64,000 nucleotides of DNA from an uncultured Bacillales bacterium (GTDB taxonomy: Bacteria > Bacillota_I > Bacilli_A > RFN20 > CAG-449), in the NCBI GenBank assembly GCA_945873815.1, contig CAMCEE010000009.1, positions 218 through 64,217 of the forward strand, written 5' to 3'. The position numbers and the translations under genes are program-made. Positions 9,932 through 19,824 of the stretch are shown one piece after another (positions within the stretch are counted from its first letter, which is position 1; every line of letters begins with the position of its first letter). The notes beneath the pieces were generated by a model that was not told where the DNA came from, ran no database searches, and was given only the letters and a program-made list of their open reading frames with translations.

Positions 9932-12121
9932 ATGAGTGAATATATTGATCATACATACGAAGATGTCGAAAACGTGTTTACTCAATATATTCATAATGAA
10001 AAAGATTTAGAATTAATTCGACATTCTTATGAATATGCAAAAGAGAAACATGCTGGTCAATTTCGTAAATCTGGACAACCATATATAATCCATTTAATTG
10101 AAGTAGCTTATTTGGTATCTTCATTACATGGCGGACCTATCACGATTGCGAGTGCTTTTTTGCATGATACAATTGAAGATTGTGGAATAACTAAAGATGA
10201 TATAACAAATGAATTTAATAGTGAAATTGCAGAAATTGTATTTTCTTTAACTAAAATCAAAGCCTTATCTCACCAAAGAAGACATGATCCAGAATTCGTC
10301 GCGGATGGTCATAGAAAAATCTTCCTTGGAATGGCTAAGGATGTACGTGTTATCATTATCAAATTATGCGATAGATTACATAATATGAGAACACTTGATT
10401 TCCAAACTCCGGAAAAGAAAATCTCGATTTCTAGAGAAACTTTAGATGTCTATGCGCCTATTGCAGACCGTCTAGGTTTTAATGAAATTAAATCTGAATT
10501 GCAAGATTTATGTTTAAAATATCTCGAGCCAGAAGCATATTCTGAAATAAAGAATTATCTTGCGACAAAGATTAAATATAAGGAAGAATCAATACAAAAA
10601 TTGAGTAAAAAAATCGCAGATATGTTAATTCCTACTGGAATTCCTTTTGAAATCTTAGCTAGAGTTAAACATCCTTATTCTATCTGGAAGAAAATGAAGA
10701 ATAAGAATTTAACTTTTGATACGATTTATGATATTGTTGCGATTAGAGTGATTACAGAAACTGAATTGAATTGTTATGAAATTCTAGGTTTGATTCATAG
10801 TAATTACACTCCATTACCAGGTAGATTTAAAGACTATATTGCTGTGCCTAAAACAAATTTATATCAATCACTACATACGACCATCATCGATCATGATTCT
10901 ACTATTATCGAAATCCAAATTAGAACTAAAGAGATGAATGATGTTGCAGAGAATGGTATCGCAGCTCACTGGAGATATAAAGAAGGAACTAAATACGATC
11001 CTAAAAAAGAACAACAAGAAATCATGGAGAAACTCCATTGGTTCTCAGATTTTGTTAATTTATCAAATAACAACTCTGAATCGTCTAAAGAATATATGGA
11101 ATCGCTCACTAAAGATATTTTTGGTGATAATATCTATTGTTTTACTCCAAATGGAAAAGTAATCGATTTACCAAAAGGAGCAACTCCACTCGATTTTGCT
11201 TTTAAAGTTCACACAAAGGTTGGTTTATGTGCAAATGGCGCATTAGTTAATAGTCAACTTGTCCCACTTTCAACTGAATTGAAAACTGGTGACGTTGTTT
11301 CCATTAAAACTTCCTCAACTGAAAATGTTAATGAAAGATGGTTAAAAATAGTAAAAACTAGTTCAGCAAAAAACATTATTAGAAAGAATCTAGCAAAAAA
11401 GAACGCAGAATTCCTTAGAGAAGCAAATATTCAAAAGGGTAAAGAATCATTACTTGATGCATTTAAAGAACATAATGTCCCAGAAGGAAAATTTTCTTCC
11501 TATATGACAAATGATTTATTTTCACATTTTGAAATGAATTCTGAAGATGATTTCTTTATTGCTGTTTCAAATAAAACTATTACACCTACTTCTGTAATTG
11601 ATTATTTAGGTATAAGAAATGAATCTTCGTTATCATCTTTTATAAAGAAAAATACTTTTGAGAAAGCATCTTTTTCTAAACAAAGTGTTTTAGTTAGAGG
11701 AACACCTAATATTCTATGTACCTTATCTGCTTGTTGTTCACCTATTCCAGGAGATGATATTGTTGGCTATGTAAGTCAAGGTAAAGGAGTAAAAGTTCAT
11801 CGTAAAGATTGTCCGAATATTATTAAAGCATTAAATCGTACAATTGAAGTTGAATGGAATCCAAATTGTACTGAGATTGTCGCACCTATTCAACTAGCAA
11901 TCAAAGCGACTGATAGGGATTCTCTTATCGTCGATATCCTAAATTGCTTATCGCAAAATAAGATTCCTTGCACAAAGATTATTGCAAAAAATCATACTGA
12001 AACTCATACTGTAACAATCAATGTTACATTAAATGTTAAGAATTTCATGCAATATAACGATATTCGAAATGTCTTAATCAATATTGAATCAGTTTATTCG
12101 ATAGAAAGAGTAACGCACTAA
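9932..12121 (+). CDS. relA: Bifunctional (p)ppGpp synthetase/hydrolase (long RSH)
   Basis: 729 aa with an HD hydrolase domain (HLIEVA, FLHDTIED), a synthetase core (YQSLHTT), and TGS and ACT-like C-terminal parts. Confidence 0.93.
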   Translation: MSEYIDHTYEDVENVFTQYIHNEKDLELIRHSYEYAKEKHAGQFRKSGQPYIIHLIEVAYLVSSLHGGPITIASAFLHDTIEDCGITKDDITNEFNSEIAEIVFSLTKIKALSHQRRHDPEFVADGHRKIFLGMAKDVRVIIIKLCDRLHNMRTLDFQTPEKKISISRETLDVYAPIADRLGFNEIKSELQDLCLKYLEPEAYSEIKNYLATKIKYKEESIQKLSKKIADMLIPTGIPFEILARVKHPYSIWKKMKNKNLTFDTIYDIVAIRVITETELNCYEILGLIHSNYTPLPGRFKDYIAVPKTNLYQSLHTTIIDHDSTIIEIQIRTKEMNDVAENGIAAHWRYKEGTKYDPKKEQQEIMEKLHWFSDFVNLSNNNSESSKEYMESLTKDIFGDNIYCFTPNGKVIDLPKGATPLDFAFKVHTKVGLCANGALVNSQLVPLSTELKTGDVVSIKTSSTENVNERWLKIVKTSSAKNIIRKNLAKKNAEFLREANIQKGKESLLDAFKEHNVPEGKFSSYMTNDLFSHFEMNSEDDFFIAVSNKTITPTSVIDYLGIRNESSLSSFIKKNTFEKASFSKQSVLVRGTPNILCTLSACCSPIPGDDIVGYVSQGKGVKVHRKDCPNIIKALNRTIEVEWNPNCTEIVAPIQLAIKATDRDSLIVDILNCLSQNKIPCTKIIAKNHTETHTVTINVTLNVKNFMQYNDIRNVLINIESVYSIERVTH

Positions 12122-13047
12122 TGAAAAAAGAAATCGTTAAGAAAAAACATCAAAATCAAGTAACACCAAACGATAAAATATTTCATGATTACATTTGTCA
12201 ATCTAATTGTTTTTTGCTTGAGTTTCTTTTAGAAAATGTTAAAAAACAATCGCGTAATAATATAAAAACATTATTATCGAATAGACAAGTTCTAGTTAAT
12301 AAAAAAACAGAAACGAAATATAACTATGAATTAAAAGAAAATGATATAGTTACTTTGTCTTTATTTCCAGATGGTCATAAAACGAAAAGCCCTTGTCCTT
12401 TTCAAATTCTTTATGAAGATGATAATTATATTGCGATTAATAAACCTAGTGGAATGTTGAGCGTAAATTTAAATGAAGGAAACACGAAAAACGCATATAT
12501 CTTATTAAAAGATTATTTAAAAGAAATTAATCCAAAAGAGCAAATATTTATTACTCATAGAATTGATAGAGATACATCAGGTGTTTTATTGTTTACTAAA
12601 AACTTAATGGCTCACGATTTACTTCAAGATTCATGGAATGAACTAGTTTCTAAACGTGAGTATGTTGCAGTATGCGAAGGAATTTTTGAAAAGAAAAGTG
12701 GAACGATTGTATCTTATATTGTTGAAGGTGATACAAAACTTTGTTATTCTACAAAAAATGATAAAATCGGTAAAAAAGCAGTTTCTCATTATGAAGTATT
12801 AAAAGAGAATGGAAATTTATCATTAGTTAGTGTCAATATTGATACTGGAAGAAAAAATCAAATTAGAGTTCATATGCAAGATATTAAACATCCGATTATC
12901 GGTGATAAAAAATATCATACGAACTTAACATATTTAAATAGATTGGGATTACATGCGCGTACACTTACATTTATGGATCCTATTACTAATAAAGAAATAA
13001 ACATTGTTTCGACTATACCATTAGAATTTAAGAAATTATTCAAATAG
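12121..13047 (+). CDS. RluA-family pseudouridine synthase with an S4-like N-terminus
   Basis: Catalytic motif HRIDRDTSGVLLF and GRKNQIRVH. Start overlaps the relA stop (TAATG). Confidence 0.8.
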   Translation: MKKEIVKKKHQNQVTPNDKIFHDYICQSNCFLLEFLLENVKKQSRNNIKTLLSNRQVLVNKKTETKYNYELKENDIVTLSLFPDGHKTKSPCPFQILYEDDNYIAINKPSGMLSVNLNEGNTKNAYILLKDYLKEINPKEQIFITHRIDRDTSGVLLFTKNLMAHDLLQDSWNELVSKREYVAVCEGIFEKKSGTIVSYIVEGDTKLCYSTKNDKIGKKAVSHYEVLKENGNLSLVSVNIDTGRKNQIRVHMQDIKHPIIGDKKYHTNLTYLNRLGLHARTLTFMDPITNKEINIVSTIPLEFKKLFK

Positions 13048-13055
13048 GAGGATTT

Positions 13056-14111
13056 ATGAAAAAAACTATTATAGCATCATTATTATTAACTTGTTCTTTT
13101 TGTTTTTTAGGATGCAATAATAATAGTTCTTCTACACAATCAAATACATCCATATCAAAAAAAGAAATTGAAGAAATCGCGAAGAACCTGGCTTCAAGCT
13201 ATAACGATAAAGATAAAATGAGAGTATATTCCAATAATTTTTCTATGGAATTTGGTGCAGAATATAAACAAACTATTCACACTGAAAAATACATGATTAA
13301 AATTGGAAATTTTACTTCTAATATTGAGGCGGATAAACTCAAATCAAATGATATGAAGGGTATTATGGAATTAACTGGTAAGATATCTTCATCAGTTGAA
13401 GTATATAATCGTGGTGAAAAAGACGAAGATGAATCCGAAAAATTTGAATTTGTTATGAATAAGGATGAAATCTATCTAGATAAAGATAGCGTTTATGCAT
13501 CATTATCTAAAGAGATGAATCAAATAATTTCTTCTGATTCAACAAAAACAAATGGAATTAAAGTTTTCTATTTATTTAATGATAATAGTGGTAACAATAA
13601 TGTTTCATTTGAAAACATATTTGGTCTAAATGTTGTTGTTCAACCTGATGAATTATTATCATCAATTACTTCTCAAAAATTATTTGAGAATTACATTAAG
13701 TATTCATCAAACGGAAGTACTTATAAAATTAGTCTCGATTTAAAGCATAATGATTTATATACTATTATCTTAGATTATTTTGATTCATATGCTTCGAAAG
13801 TAGTTATTCCGGATGATTCAATGTTATCGCTTGGTATATCATTTACTGATGATAGAATTATTTCATTTGATATAAATTCAAACATTAATGCATCAGTAAA
13901 ATTTGATAGCTTAGGAACAGTTGATTTTATTTATAACGCTGATGGAGAATTCTACTATGATGATAATCTTACAATTCTTACTTCATTTAATAAATCAAGT
14001 GATTATGTTAAATATAGTGAAGAGGTTCTTCCATTAAATGCTTTTATGGATAATTCTTGGAATAGTATTATGGATATTTATAAACAAATAATGGCATTAT
14101 TTATAAAATAA
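13056..14111 (+). CDS. Lipoprotein, unknown function
   Basis: Signal peptide with lipobox FLGC (MKKTIIASLLLTCSFCFLGCNNN), then an S/N-rich linker. RBS AGGAGG. Confidence 0.7.
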   Translation: MKKTIIASLLLTCSFCFLGCNNNSSSTQSNTSISKKEIEEIAKNLASSYNDKDKMRVYSNNFSMEFGAEYKQTIHTEKYMIKIGNFTSNIEADKLKSNDMKGIMELTGKISSSVEVYNRGEKDEDESEKFEFVMNKDEIYLDKDSVYASLSKEMNQIISSDSTKTNGIKVFYLFNDNSGNNNVSFENIFGLNVVVQPDELLSSITSQKLFENYIKYSSNGSTYKISLDLKHNDLYTIILDYFDSYASKVVIPDDSMLSLGISFTDDRIISFDINSNINASVKFDSLGTVDFIYNADGEFYYDDNLTILTSFNKSSDYVKYSEEVLPLNAFMDNSWNSIMDIYKQIMALFIK

Positions 14112-14121
14112 GTCTTATAAA

Positions 14122-14162
14122 AATATACATTATCTATATTGATTGAATGTATATTTTTTTGT
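14122..14162 (+). terminator. Rho-independent terminator after the lipoprotein gene
   Basis: Perfect 10-bp stem AATATACATT (14122-14131) / AATGTATATT (14146-14155), followed by a T run. Confidence 0.8.
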
Positions 14163-14167
14163 GCTCA

Positions 14168-14195
14168 TTGCATAAAAAAATATGTGTGCTATAAT
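14168..14195 (+). promoter_or_regulatory. Sigma-A type promoter with extended -10
   Basis: TTGCAT (14168-14173), 16-nt spacer, TGCTATAAT (TATAAT at 14190-14195). Confidence 0.55.
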
Positions 14196-14282
14196 ATGAA
14201 TGAATTGTATAGGGAGGATTTTAAATGTTAAGAAAAAATTTATTGTTTATTTGTAACTTAAAATCAATTGGAGCATATTAAT

Positions 14283-15059
14283 ATGAAAATAATAAAATCT
14301 TTATTAGTATTACTAATTTCTATGTCATTTGTTTCTTGTAGTAATGATGCATTATCATCTTCCTCCAGTACCCATAATAGTTTTAATAATCAAGAAATCG
14401 GGGAAGTATATATTAGCTTCAACAACAAAAGAGTTGAGAAAAATTCTTCAATCAATATAGAAACAGAATTAATATATGGAATTGAAGTTCGTTCAAAAGG
14501 ATTTTGCCCAAATATAAGACTCGAATATAATAAAGAGTATTTTGAAACAAGAGATTATTTTAATTTTTCTGAGCCAAATACTGGATCGTATAATCGCTTC
14601 TTTGTAAAAGACAAGGAGGGAGAAACATCTCTTAAAGTATATGTAAATGATGTATTTCAAAGCGAGTATCATTTTATTGTATCTGATAATTCTATTGATT
14701 ATACATTAATAGATAAAACAAAGAATAAATATATTTCACCAGAAAATATTGTTAAACTCACTTCATTAGATGAATATAAATCGTATATCGAAAGTATAAA
14801 TTATCGTGAAAAGTGTACATTTACTGAAAACTATTTTAAAGAGAATAATATTTATTTTGTATATACGAATCATGAAAGAAATACCGAATTTGAGGGATTA
14901 ACTAAAATCTATAATGATGGTAATATCACGTATTTTAATATAAGGAGTCAAATGGGGACGATGGATGAGGTAAACGTAGATTTCTATTTGGAAGTTTATA
15001 GTTTAAATAAAGCGGATGTTAAAGAGGAAAGTAAATTCTTTGGCTCATATTATTATTAA
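14283..15059 (+). CDS. Lipoprotein, unknown function
   Basis: MKIIKSLLVLLISMSFVSCSN has a lipobox (FVSC). The ATG at 14283 is preferred over the non-ATG ORF-track start at 14268. Confidence 0.65.
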   Translation: MKIIKSLLVLLISMSFVSCSNDALSSSSSTHNSFNNQEIGEVYISFNNKRVEKNSSINIETELIYGIEVRSKGFCPNIRLEYNKEYFETRDYFNFSEPNTGSYNRFFVKDKEGETSLKVYVNDVFQSEYHFIVSDNSIDYTLIDKTKNKYISPENIVKLTSLDEYKSYIESINYREKCTFTENYFKENNIYFVYTNHERNTEFEGLTKIYNDGNITYFNIRSQMGTMDEVNVDFYLEVYSLNKADVKEESKFFGSYYY

Positions 15060-15085
15060 TAAATCGAATGAATATAGATTATTGC

Positions 15086-15126
15086 AAAACAACTGGAATT
15101 ATTGATAATTTCGGTTGTTTTTATTG
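15086..15126 (+). terminator. Rho-independent terminator
   Basis: AAAACAAC (15086-15093) pairs with GTTGTTTT (15114-15121). The stem extends with G-U pairs and has a T-rich tail. Confidence 0.55.
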
Positions 15127-15152
15127 TATTTAGGGTAAAATGATATTATAAT
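15124..15152 (+). promoter_or_regulatory. Sigma-A promoter of the hisS-aspS leader
   Basis: TTGTAT (15124-15129), 17-nt spacer, TATAAT (15147-15152). Confidence 0.65.
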
Positions 15153-15159
15153 TCAAGTA

Positions 15160-15372
15160 GTCAAGGAAGTAGAGGTTTCATATTCTTGTTATAGAGAGAA
15201 CTTGGTTGGTGAAAAAGTTTAGATAGAATATAGAATTGACACTATGGAGATTGATAAATGAAATAGTAGTAGTTTATCCGGTTGTTACGTTATAACTTTA
15301 AAGTGCACATAATATGTGAACTAAGGTGGTACCGTGCGAAAGCACCCTTAGATGGTACTTTTTTTATTTTAT
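15160..15372 (+). promoter_or_regulatory. T-box leader (tRNA-sensing transcription attenuator) of hisS-aspS
   Basis: Conserved T-box sequence AACTAAGGTGGTACCGTGCG at 15319-15338, a GAAA-capped helix, and a T run at 15359-15366. An AGAGA element in stem I near 15193. Candidate specifier GACAC at 15238-15242. Confidence 0.85.
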
Positions 15373-15388
15373 TGGAGGAAAAAAGCTT

Positions 15389-16648
15389 ATGATTTTACCG
15401 CAACGTGGGACATATGATGCATTCTATGATGATGCATTAAATATTGAAAAAATTGAAAGAATAATGGGTGAAATGGCTCATAATTACGGTTATACACCAA
15501 TTATTATTCCAATGTATGAAGCAATTGAATTATTTGCTCGTTCTGCAGGAGAAACAAGTGATATTGTCACAAAGGAAATGTTTGATTTTGTCGATAAAGG
15601 TGGAAGACATATTGCCTTAAGACCAGAATTAACTGCAGGTGTCATGAGAGCAATCGTTACAAACAAATTATATGCAAATTATGATTTACCTTTAAAACTA
15701 TCATATTGTGGACCAGCATTTAGATATGAAAGACCTCAAGCAGGAAGATTTAGACAATTAACGCAATTCGGTATTGAAAACGTAGGTGTTACTACTCCTC
15801 AAGAAGATGCTGAAGCAATTATATTAGGATATAAGATAACAAAGAAACTTGGATTTGAACACGTAATATTAAAAATCAATTCAATTGGTGATCAAGAATC
15901 TAGGGATGCATATAGAGAAGCTTTAAGAGAGTATTTTAAAGATAAGATTGGTGATATGTGTGAGGATTGTAGAAGAAGATATGAGCTCAATCCATTAAGA
16001 ATTTTAGATTGTAAAGTTCCATATGATCAAGAATTAGCTAAAAATGCACCAAAAATGAGTGATTATTTAAATGATGTATCAAAGAAACGTTTCCAAGATA
16101 TTATTAATATTCTTGATGCGAATGAGATTGAGTACGTTATAGATGATGGATTAGTAAGAGGTTTAGATTATTATTCACACATCGTTTTTGAATTCCATTA
16201 CATCTCAAAAAATGGTACAAACCTAGGAGCGATTGGTGCGGGTGGTCACTATGATAACCTTGTTAAAGAAGTAGGTGGACCAGAACTTTCTAGCGTTGGA
16301 TTTGCTTTAGGTGTTGATCGCTTGAATTCATTATTAAAAGAAATTAAACCTGAAGAATATGCTCATCCAACTCTAGATGCTTACATTATGTATATGGGTG
16401 AAGATTATCGTGATTATGCAAGTAAGCTAGCATTTAGATTAAGAGAAGACAATATAGCAGTTGATTTAAATTATACGAATAAATCATTTAAAGCATCATT
16501 TAAGATTGCATTAAGAAAACATGCGAGATTTGCAATTATTATTGGTGAAGATGAAGTTAAAAAGAATGTTTATCAATTGAAAAATTTAGAAACTCAAGAA
16601 CAAATTGAGGTTTCATTAGAAGAATTAATTAAAATAGTAAAGGAGTAG
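15389..16648 (+). CDS. hisS: Histidine--tRNA ligase
   Basis: Class II motifs (LRPELTAGVMR, FRYERPQAGRFRQLTQ, GGHYDNL). The ATG at 15389 follows GGAGGAAAAAAGCTT. The ORF-track start at 15326 lies inside the T-box terminator. Confidence 0.92.
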   Translation: MILPQRGTYDAFYDDALNIEKIERIMGEMAHNYGYTPIIIPMYEAIELFARSAGETSDIVTKEMFDFVDKGGRHIALRPELTAGVMRAIVTNKLYANYDLPLKLSYCGPAFRYERPQAGRFRQLTQFGIENVGVTTPQEDAEAIILGYKITKKLGFEHVILKINSIGDQESRDAYREALREYFKDKIGDMCEDCRRRYELNPLRILDCKVPYDQELAKNAPKMSDYLNDVSKKRFQDIINILDANEIEYVIDDGLVRGLDYYSHIVFEFHYISKNGTNLGAIGAGGHYDNLVKEVGGPELSSVGFALGVDRLNSLLKEIKPEEYAHPTLDAYIMYMGEDYRDYASKLAFRLREDNIAVDLNYTNKSFKASFKIALRKHARFAIIIGEDEVKKNVYQLKNLETQEQIEVSLEELIKIVKE

Positions 16649-16652
16649 GATT

Positions 16653-18380
16653 ATGTATCGTACACACACAAATGGAGAATTAAGAATTTCTGATGTTGGC
16701 AAAGAAGTCACATTAGTAGGATGGGTAAGTAAAAAGAGAAATTTAGGCTCTCTTGTATTTATTGATTTAAGAGATAGATATGGTTATACTCAAGTATTAC
16801 TTAATGAGGATTTTCCTATTGCAAATGAAATTAGAAATGAATATATCATTCAAGTAAAAGGAATTGTATCTAAAAAAGAAGTAGCTAATCCAAAATTAGC
16901 AACTGGTGAAATTGAAGTTGTTGCAAATGATGTAAAAATAGTAAATACTGCAGAACTTCCACCATTTATCATTGCAGATAATACAGATGCATTAGAAGAT
17001 ACAAGACTAAAATATCGTTATCTTGATTTAAGAAGACCAGTAATGCAAAATATGCTTATTAATCGTGCAAAAATCGTTCGTGCATGTCATAGTTTCTTAG
17101 ATAGAAATGATTTTATTGAAGTTGAAACACCAATTTTATGTTTATCAACTCCAGAGGGAGCTAGAGACTATATCGTTCCAAGTAGAATTAGAAATGGATC
17201 TTTCTATGCACTTCCTCAATCACCACAATTATTTAAACAATTATTAATGGTTAGTGGTATGGAAAGATATTATCAAGTTGCAAGATGTTTCCGTGATGAA
17301 GACTTGAGAGCAGACCGTCAACCTGATTTTACTCAAATTGACGTTGAAACATCATTCTTATCACAAGAAGAAATTATGACTCTTGGAGAGGGATTAATTT
17401 CTGAAATTTGGAAAGAAGCATTAGGAATGGAAGTTAAAGGACCATTTAGAAGATTAAAATACGATTATTGTATTGATACATATGGCTCCGACAAACCAGA
17501 TACTAGATTTGGTCTTGAAATTCATGATGTTTCAGAAATTTTAAAAGCATCTGATTTTGAAGTATATAAAAACGCTTCAACAGTTCGTGCAATTGTTGTT
17601 CCTAATATCGCATCGACAACTTCTAGAAAAGTACAAGATAACTTAGATTTAACTGCTAAGAAGTTTGGCATTGGTAAATTTGGTTTCTTCAAATACATTA
17701 ATGGCAAATTAGAATCATCATTATTGAAATTTATTAATGAAGAATTACAAGAAAAACTTGTTAAAGAACTAGCATTAAAAGAGAATGATTTAGTTATCGT
17801 TGGTGCAGGTTATAGAATGAGAGTATGTCCATGTTTAGGTGCTTTAAGAACTGAATTTGGTAAAGAATTGAAGTTATATGATCCAAATACATACGACTTC
17901 TTATGGGTTGTTGAATTCCCATTATTCGATTACAATGAGGATACAAAAGAAATTACTCCATGTCATCACCCATTTACCAAACCACTAGATAGAGATGTTC
18001 ATTTATTAGAAGAGCATCCAGAAAAGGTTTATGCTGCTGCATACGATATAGTTATTAATGGGTATGAAGCTGGTGGTGGATCTTTAAGAATCTTTGACCA
18101 AAAAGAGCAAAGTAAAATCTTTGAATTAATTGGCTTAACTGAGGAAAAAATTGAGAGAAAATTTGGCTGGTTTGTTAATGCGTTAAAATATGGTGTCCCA
18201 CCTCATGGAGGATTTGCATTAGGTTTAGACCGTTTAGCAATGCTAATTAATAAGACAGATAACATTCGTGATGTAATTGCATTCCCAAAGAATTTAAGCG
18301 CAGTATGTCCAATGTCAAATGCACCAATGCCTGTTGATGAAAGTCAACTAGAAGAGCTAGGAATAGAAATTAGTAAATAA
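16653..18380 (+). CDS. aspS: Aspartate--tRNA ligase
   Basis: 575 aa with QSPQLFKQLLM, FRDEDLRADRQPDFTQID and GGFALGLDRL. Starts 4 nt after hisS. Confidence 0.95.
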   Translation: MYRTHTNGELRISDVGKEVTLVGWVSKKRNLGSLVFIDLRDRYGYTQVLLNEDFPIANEIRNEYIIQVKGIVSKKEVANPKLATGEIEVVANDVKIVNTAELPPFIIADNTDALEDTRLKYRYLDLRRPVMQNMLINRAKIVRACHSFLDRNDFIEVETPILCLSTPEGARDYIVPSRIRNGSFYALPQSPQLFKQLLMVSGMERYYQVARCFRDEDLRADRQPDFTQIDVETSFLSQEEIMTLGEGLISEIWKEALGMEVKGPFRRLKYDYCIDTYGSDKPDTRFGLEIHDVSEILKASDFEVYKNASTVRAIVVPNIASTTSRKVQDNLDLTAKKFGIGKFGFFKYINGKLESSLLKFINEELQEKLVKELALKENDLVIVGAGYRMRVCPCLGALRTEFGKELKLYDPNTYDFLWVVEFPLFDYNEDTKEITPCHHPFTKPLDRDVHLLEEHPEKVYAAAYDIVINGYEAGGGSLRIFDQKEQSKIFELIGLTEEKIERKFGWFVNALKYGVPPHGGFALGLDRLAMLINKTDNIRDVIAFPKNLSAVCPMSNAPMPVDESQLEELGIEISK

Positions 18381-18421
18381 TTAGTATACATTTAGTAGTA
18401 TTTTGGATTATGGAGGTAAAA

Positions 18422-19780
18422 ATGAAGTTTAGTTCATACAATTTAAATAAAAATATAATTGAGGTAATCAATTCATTAGGATATGTAGATGCTACTCCTA
18501 TCCAAGATAGTGTACTACCTAAAGTTTTGAAAAATAAGAGTTTATTATGTAAAGCAGAAACAGGATCAGGAAAGACTCATGCTTTCTTGATTCCTTTAAT
18601 AAATAATCTTGATTTAGAAGTAAAAGAGATTCAAGTTGTAATTATCACTCCAACGATAGAACTTGCATCTCAAACATATTCTTTTGCTTCTGATATTGTC
18701 AAATCACTTAATGGTATATCGGTTCATTTATTGACTTCAAATTCACAAAAAGATGTGTCTTCTTCATCCTTAATTAATAGTAACAACGCTAAAATTGTTA
18801 TTGGAACACCAGGTAGAGTTCATGATATTTTAATTAACAATAAGCAAGTTAATACTAAGAATGTAAAATGTGTAGTTTTAGATGAATGTGATATGCTTTT
18901 AGATGATGCATATGTAGAGCAAATTAATATAATTTTACAAACAATTAATCCATCTCAAAGATTAGCATTTACTGCAACTATGAAAGAGCATTTATTAGCA
19001 TGGACTAAAAAATCGTTACAAGTAGATGAGGTAATCGATGTTAATAAGAAAGATAAAGTAAATGCAAATGTTAAACATCATTTAGTGAATATTAAACATA
19101 AGGATATCGTTGAATCATTAGTAAATTTTTTTTCTTTAACTAATCCTTTCTATACAATTGTTTTCGCTTCTCAAAAAACGCAAGTTGAACGTGTTCATAA
19201 TGCATTAAATAAATTAGGTATAAATTCAGCTTTAATCACCGGAGATTTAGAAACTAGAGAAAGAAAGATTACGATGCGTCGAATTAGAAATGGTGACTTT
19301 AAGTTAATCATTTCTTCTGATATTGCTTCGCGTGGTATTGACTTAGAAGATGTTACTTGCGTTATTTCTTTAGATTTACCACTTGATTTAGATTATTATT
19401 ATCATCGTGCTGGTAGAACGGGAAGAAATAATAAAGCAGGGGATTCATATATTTTCTATAATGATGAGGATAAGAATAAAATCAATTCACTGATTGAAAA
19501 ATCAAAAATAAATTTTGATTATTACGTACTTAGAAGTGATTCTCTTAAGAAGATGGATTCTCAAACTTCTAAGAAAAAAAGAGAAGTGAATGAAAATCTT
19601 GAAAAAGAAATTAAAAAGGCTGTTGCAAAAGCTAGATCAAAAACAGTAAAACCTGGATATAAAAAGAAAGTTAAAAAAGCAGCTGAAAAGGCAAAATGGT
19701 TCCATAAAAGAAAAATAATGAAAGCTAATCTAAGAGCTCAAGCTAAAGACCAAGGAATAGCAAAAGTTAGTAAGAAATAA
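18422..19780 (+). CDS. DEAD-box-family RNA helicase (CshB-like) with variant motif II DECD and a lysine-rich tail
   Basis: Q motif TPIQ, motif I AETGSGKT, motif II LDECD, motif III TAT, motif VI HRAGRTGR. The ATG at 18422 follows GGAGG. Confidence 0.85.
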   Translation: MKFSSYNLNKNIIEVINSLGYVDATPIQDSVLPKVLKNKSLLCKAETGSGKTHAFLIPLINNLDLEVKEIQVVIITPTIELASQTYSFASDIVKSLNGISVHLLTSNSQKDVSSSSLINSNNAKIVIGTPGRVHDILINNKQVNTKNVKCVVLDECDMLLDDAYVEQINIILQTINPSQRLAFTATMKEHLLAWTKKSLQVDEVIDVNKKDKVNANVKHHLVNIKHKDIVESLVNFFSLTNPFYTIVFASQKTQVERVHNALNKLGINSALITGDLETRERKITMRRIRNGDFKLIISSDIASRGIDLEDVTCVISLDLPLDLDYYYHRAGRTGRNNKAGDSYIFYNDEDKNKINSLIEKSKINFDYYVLRSDSLKKMDSQTSKKKREVNENLEKEIKKAVAKARSKTVKPGYKKKVKKAAEKAKWFHKRKIMKANLRAQAKDQGIAKVSKK

Positions 19781-19784
19781 TCTA

Positions 19785-19819
19785 AAAAGCATATCGTTAG
19801 TTGATTACGATATGCTTTT
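19785..19819. terminator. Bidirectional terminator between the convergent helicase and ispG genes
   Basis: AAAAGCATATCG (19785-19796) pairs with CGATATGCTTTT (19808-19819), a perfect 12-bp stem whose terminal A:T pairs double as A and T runs on either strand. Confidence 0.85.
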
Positions 19820-19824
19820 ATTAA

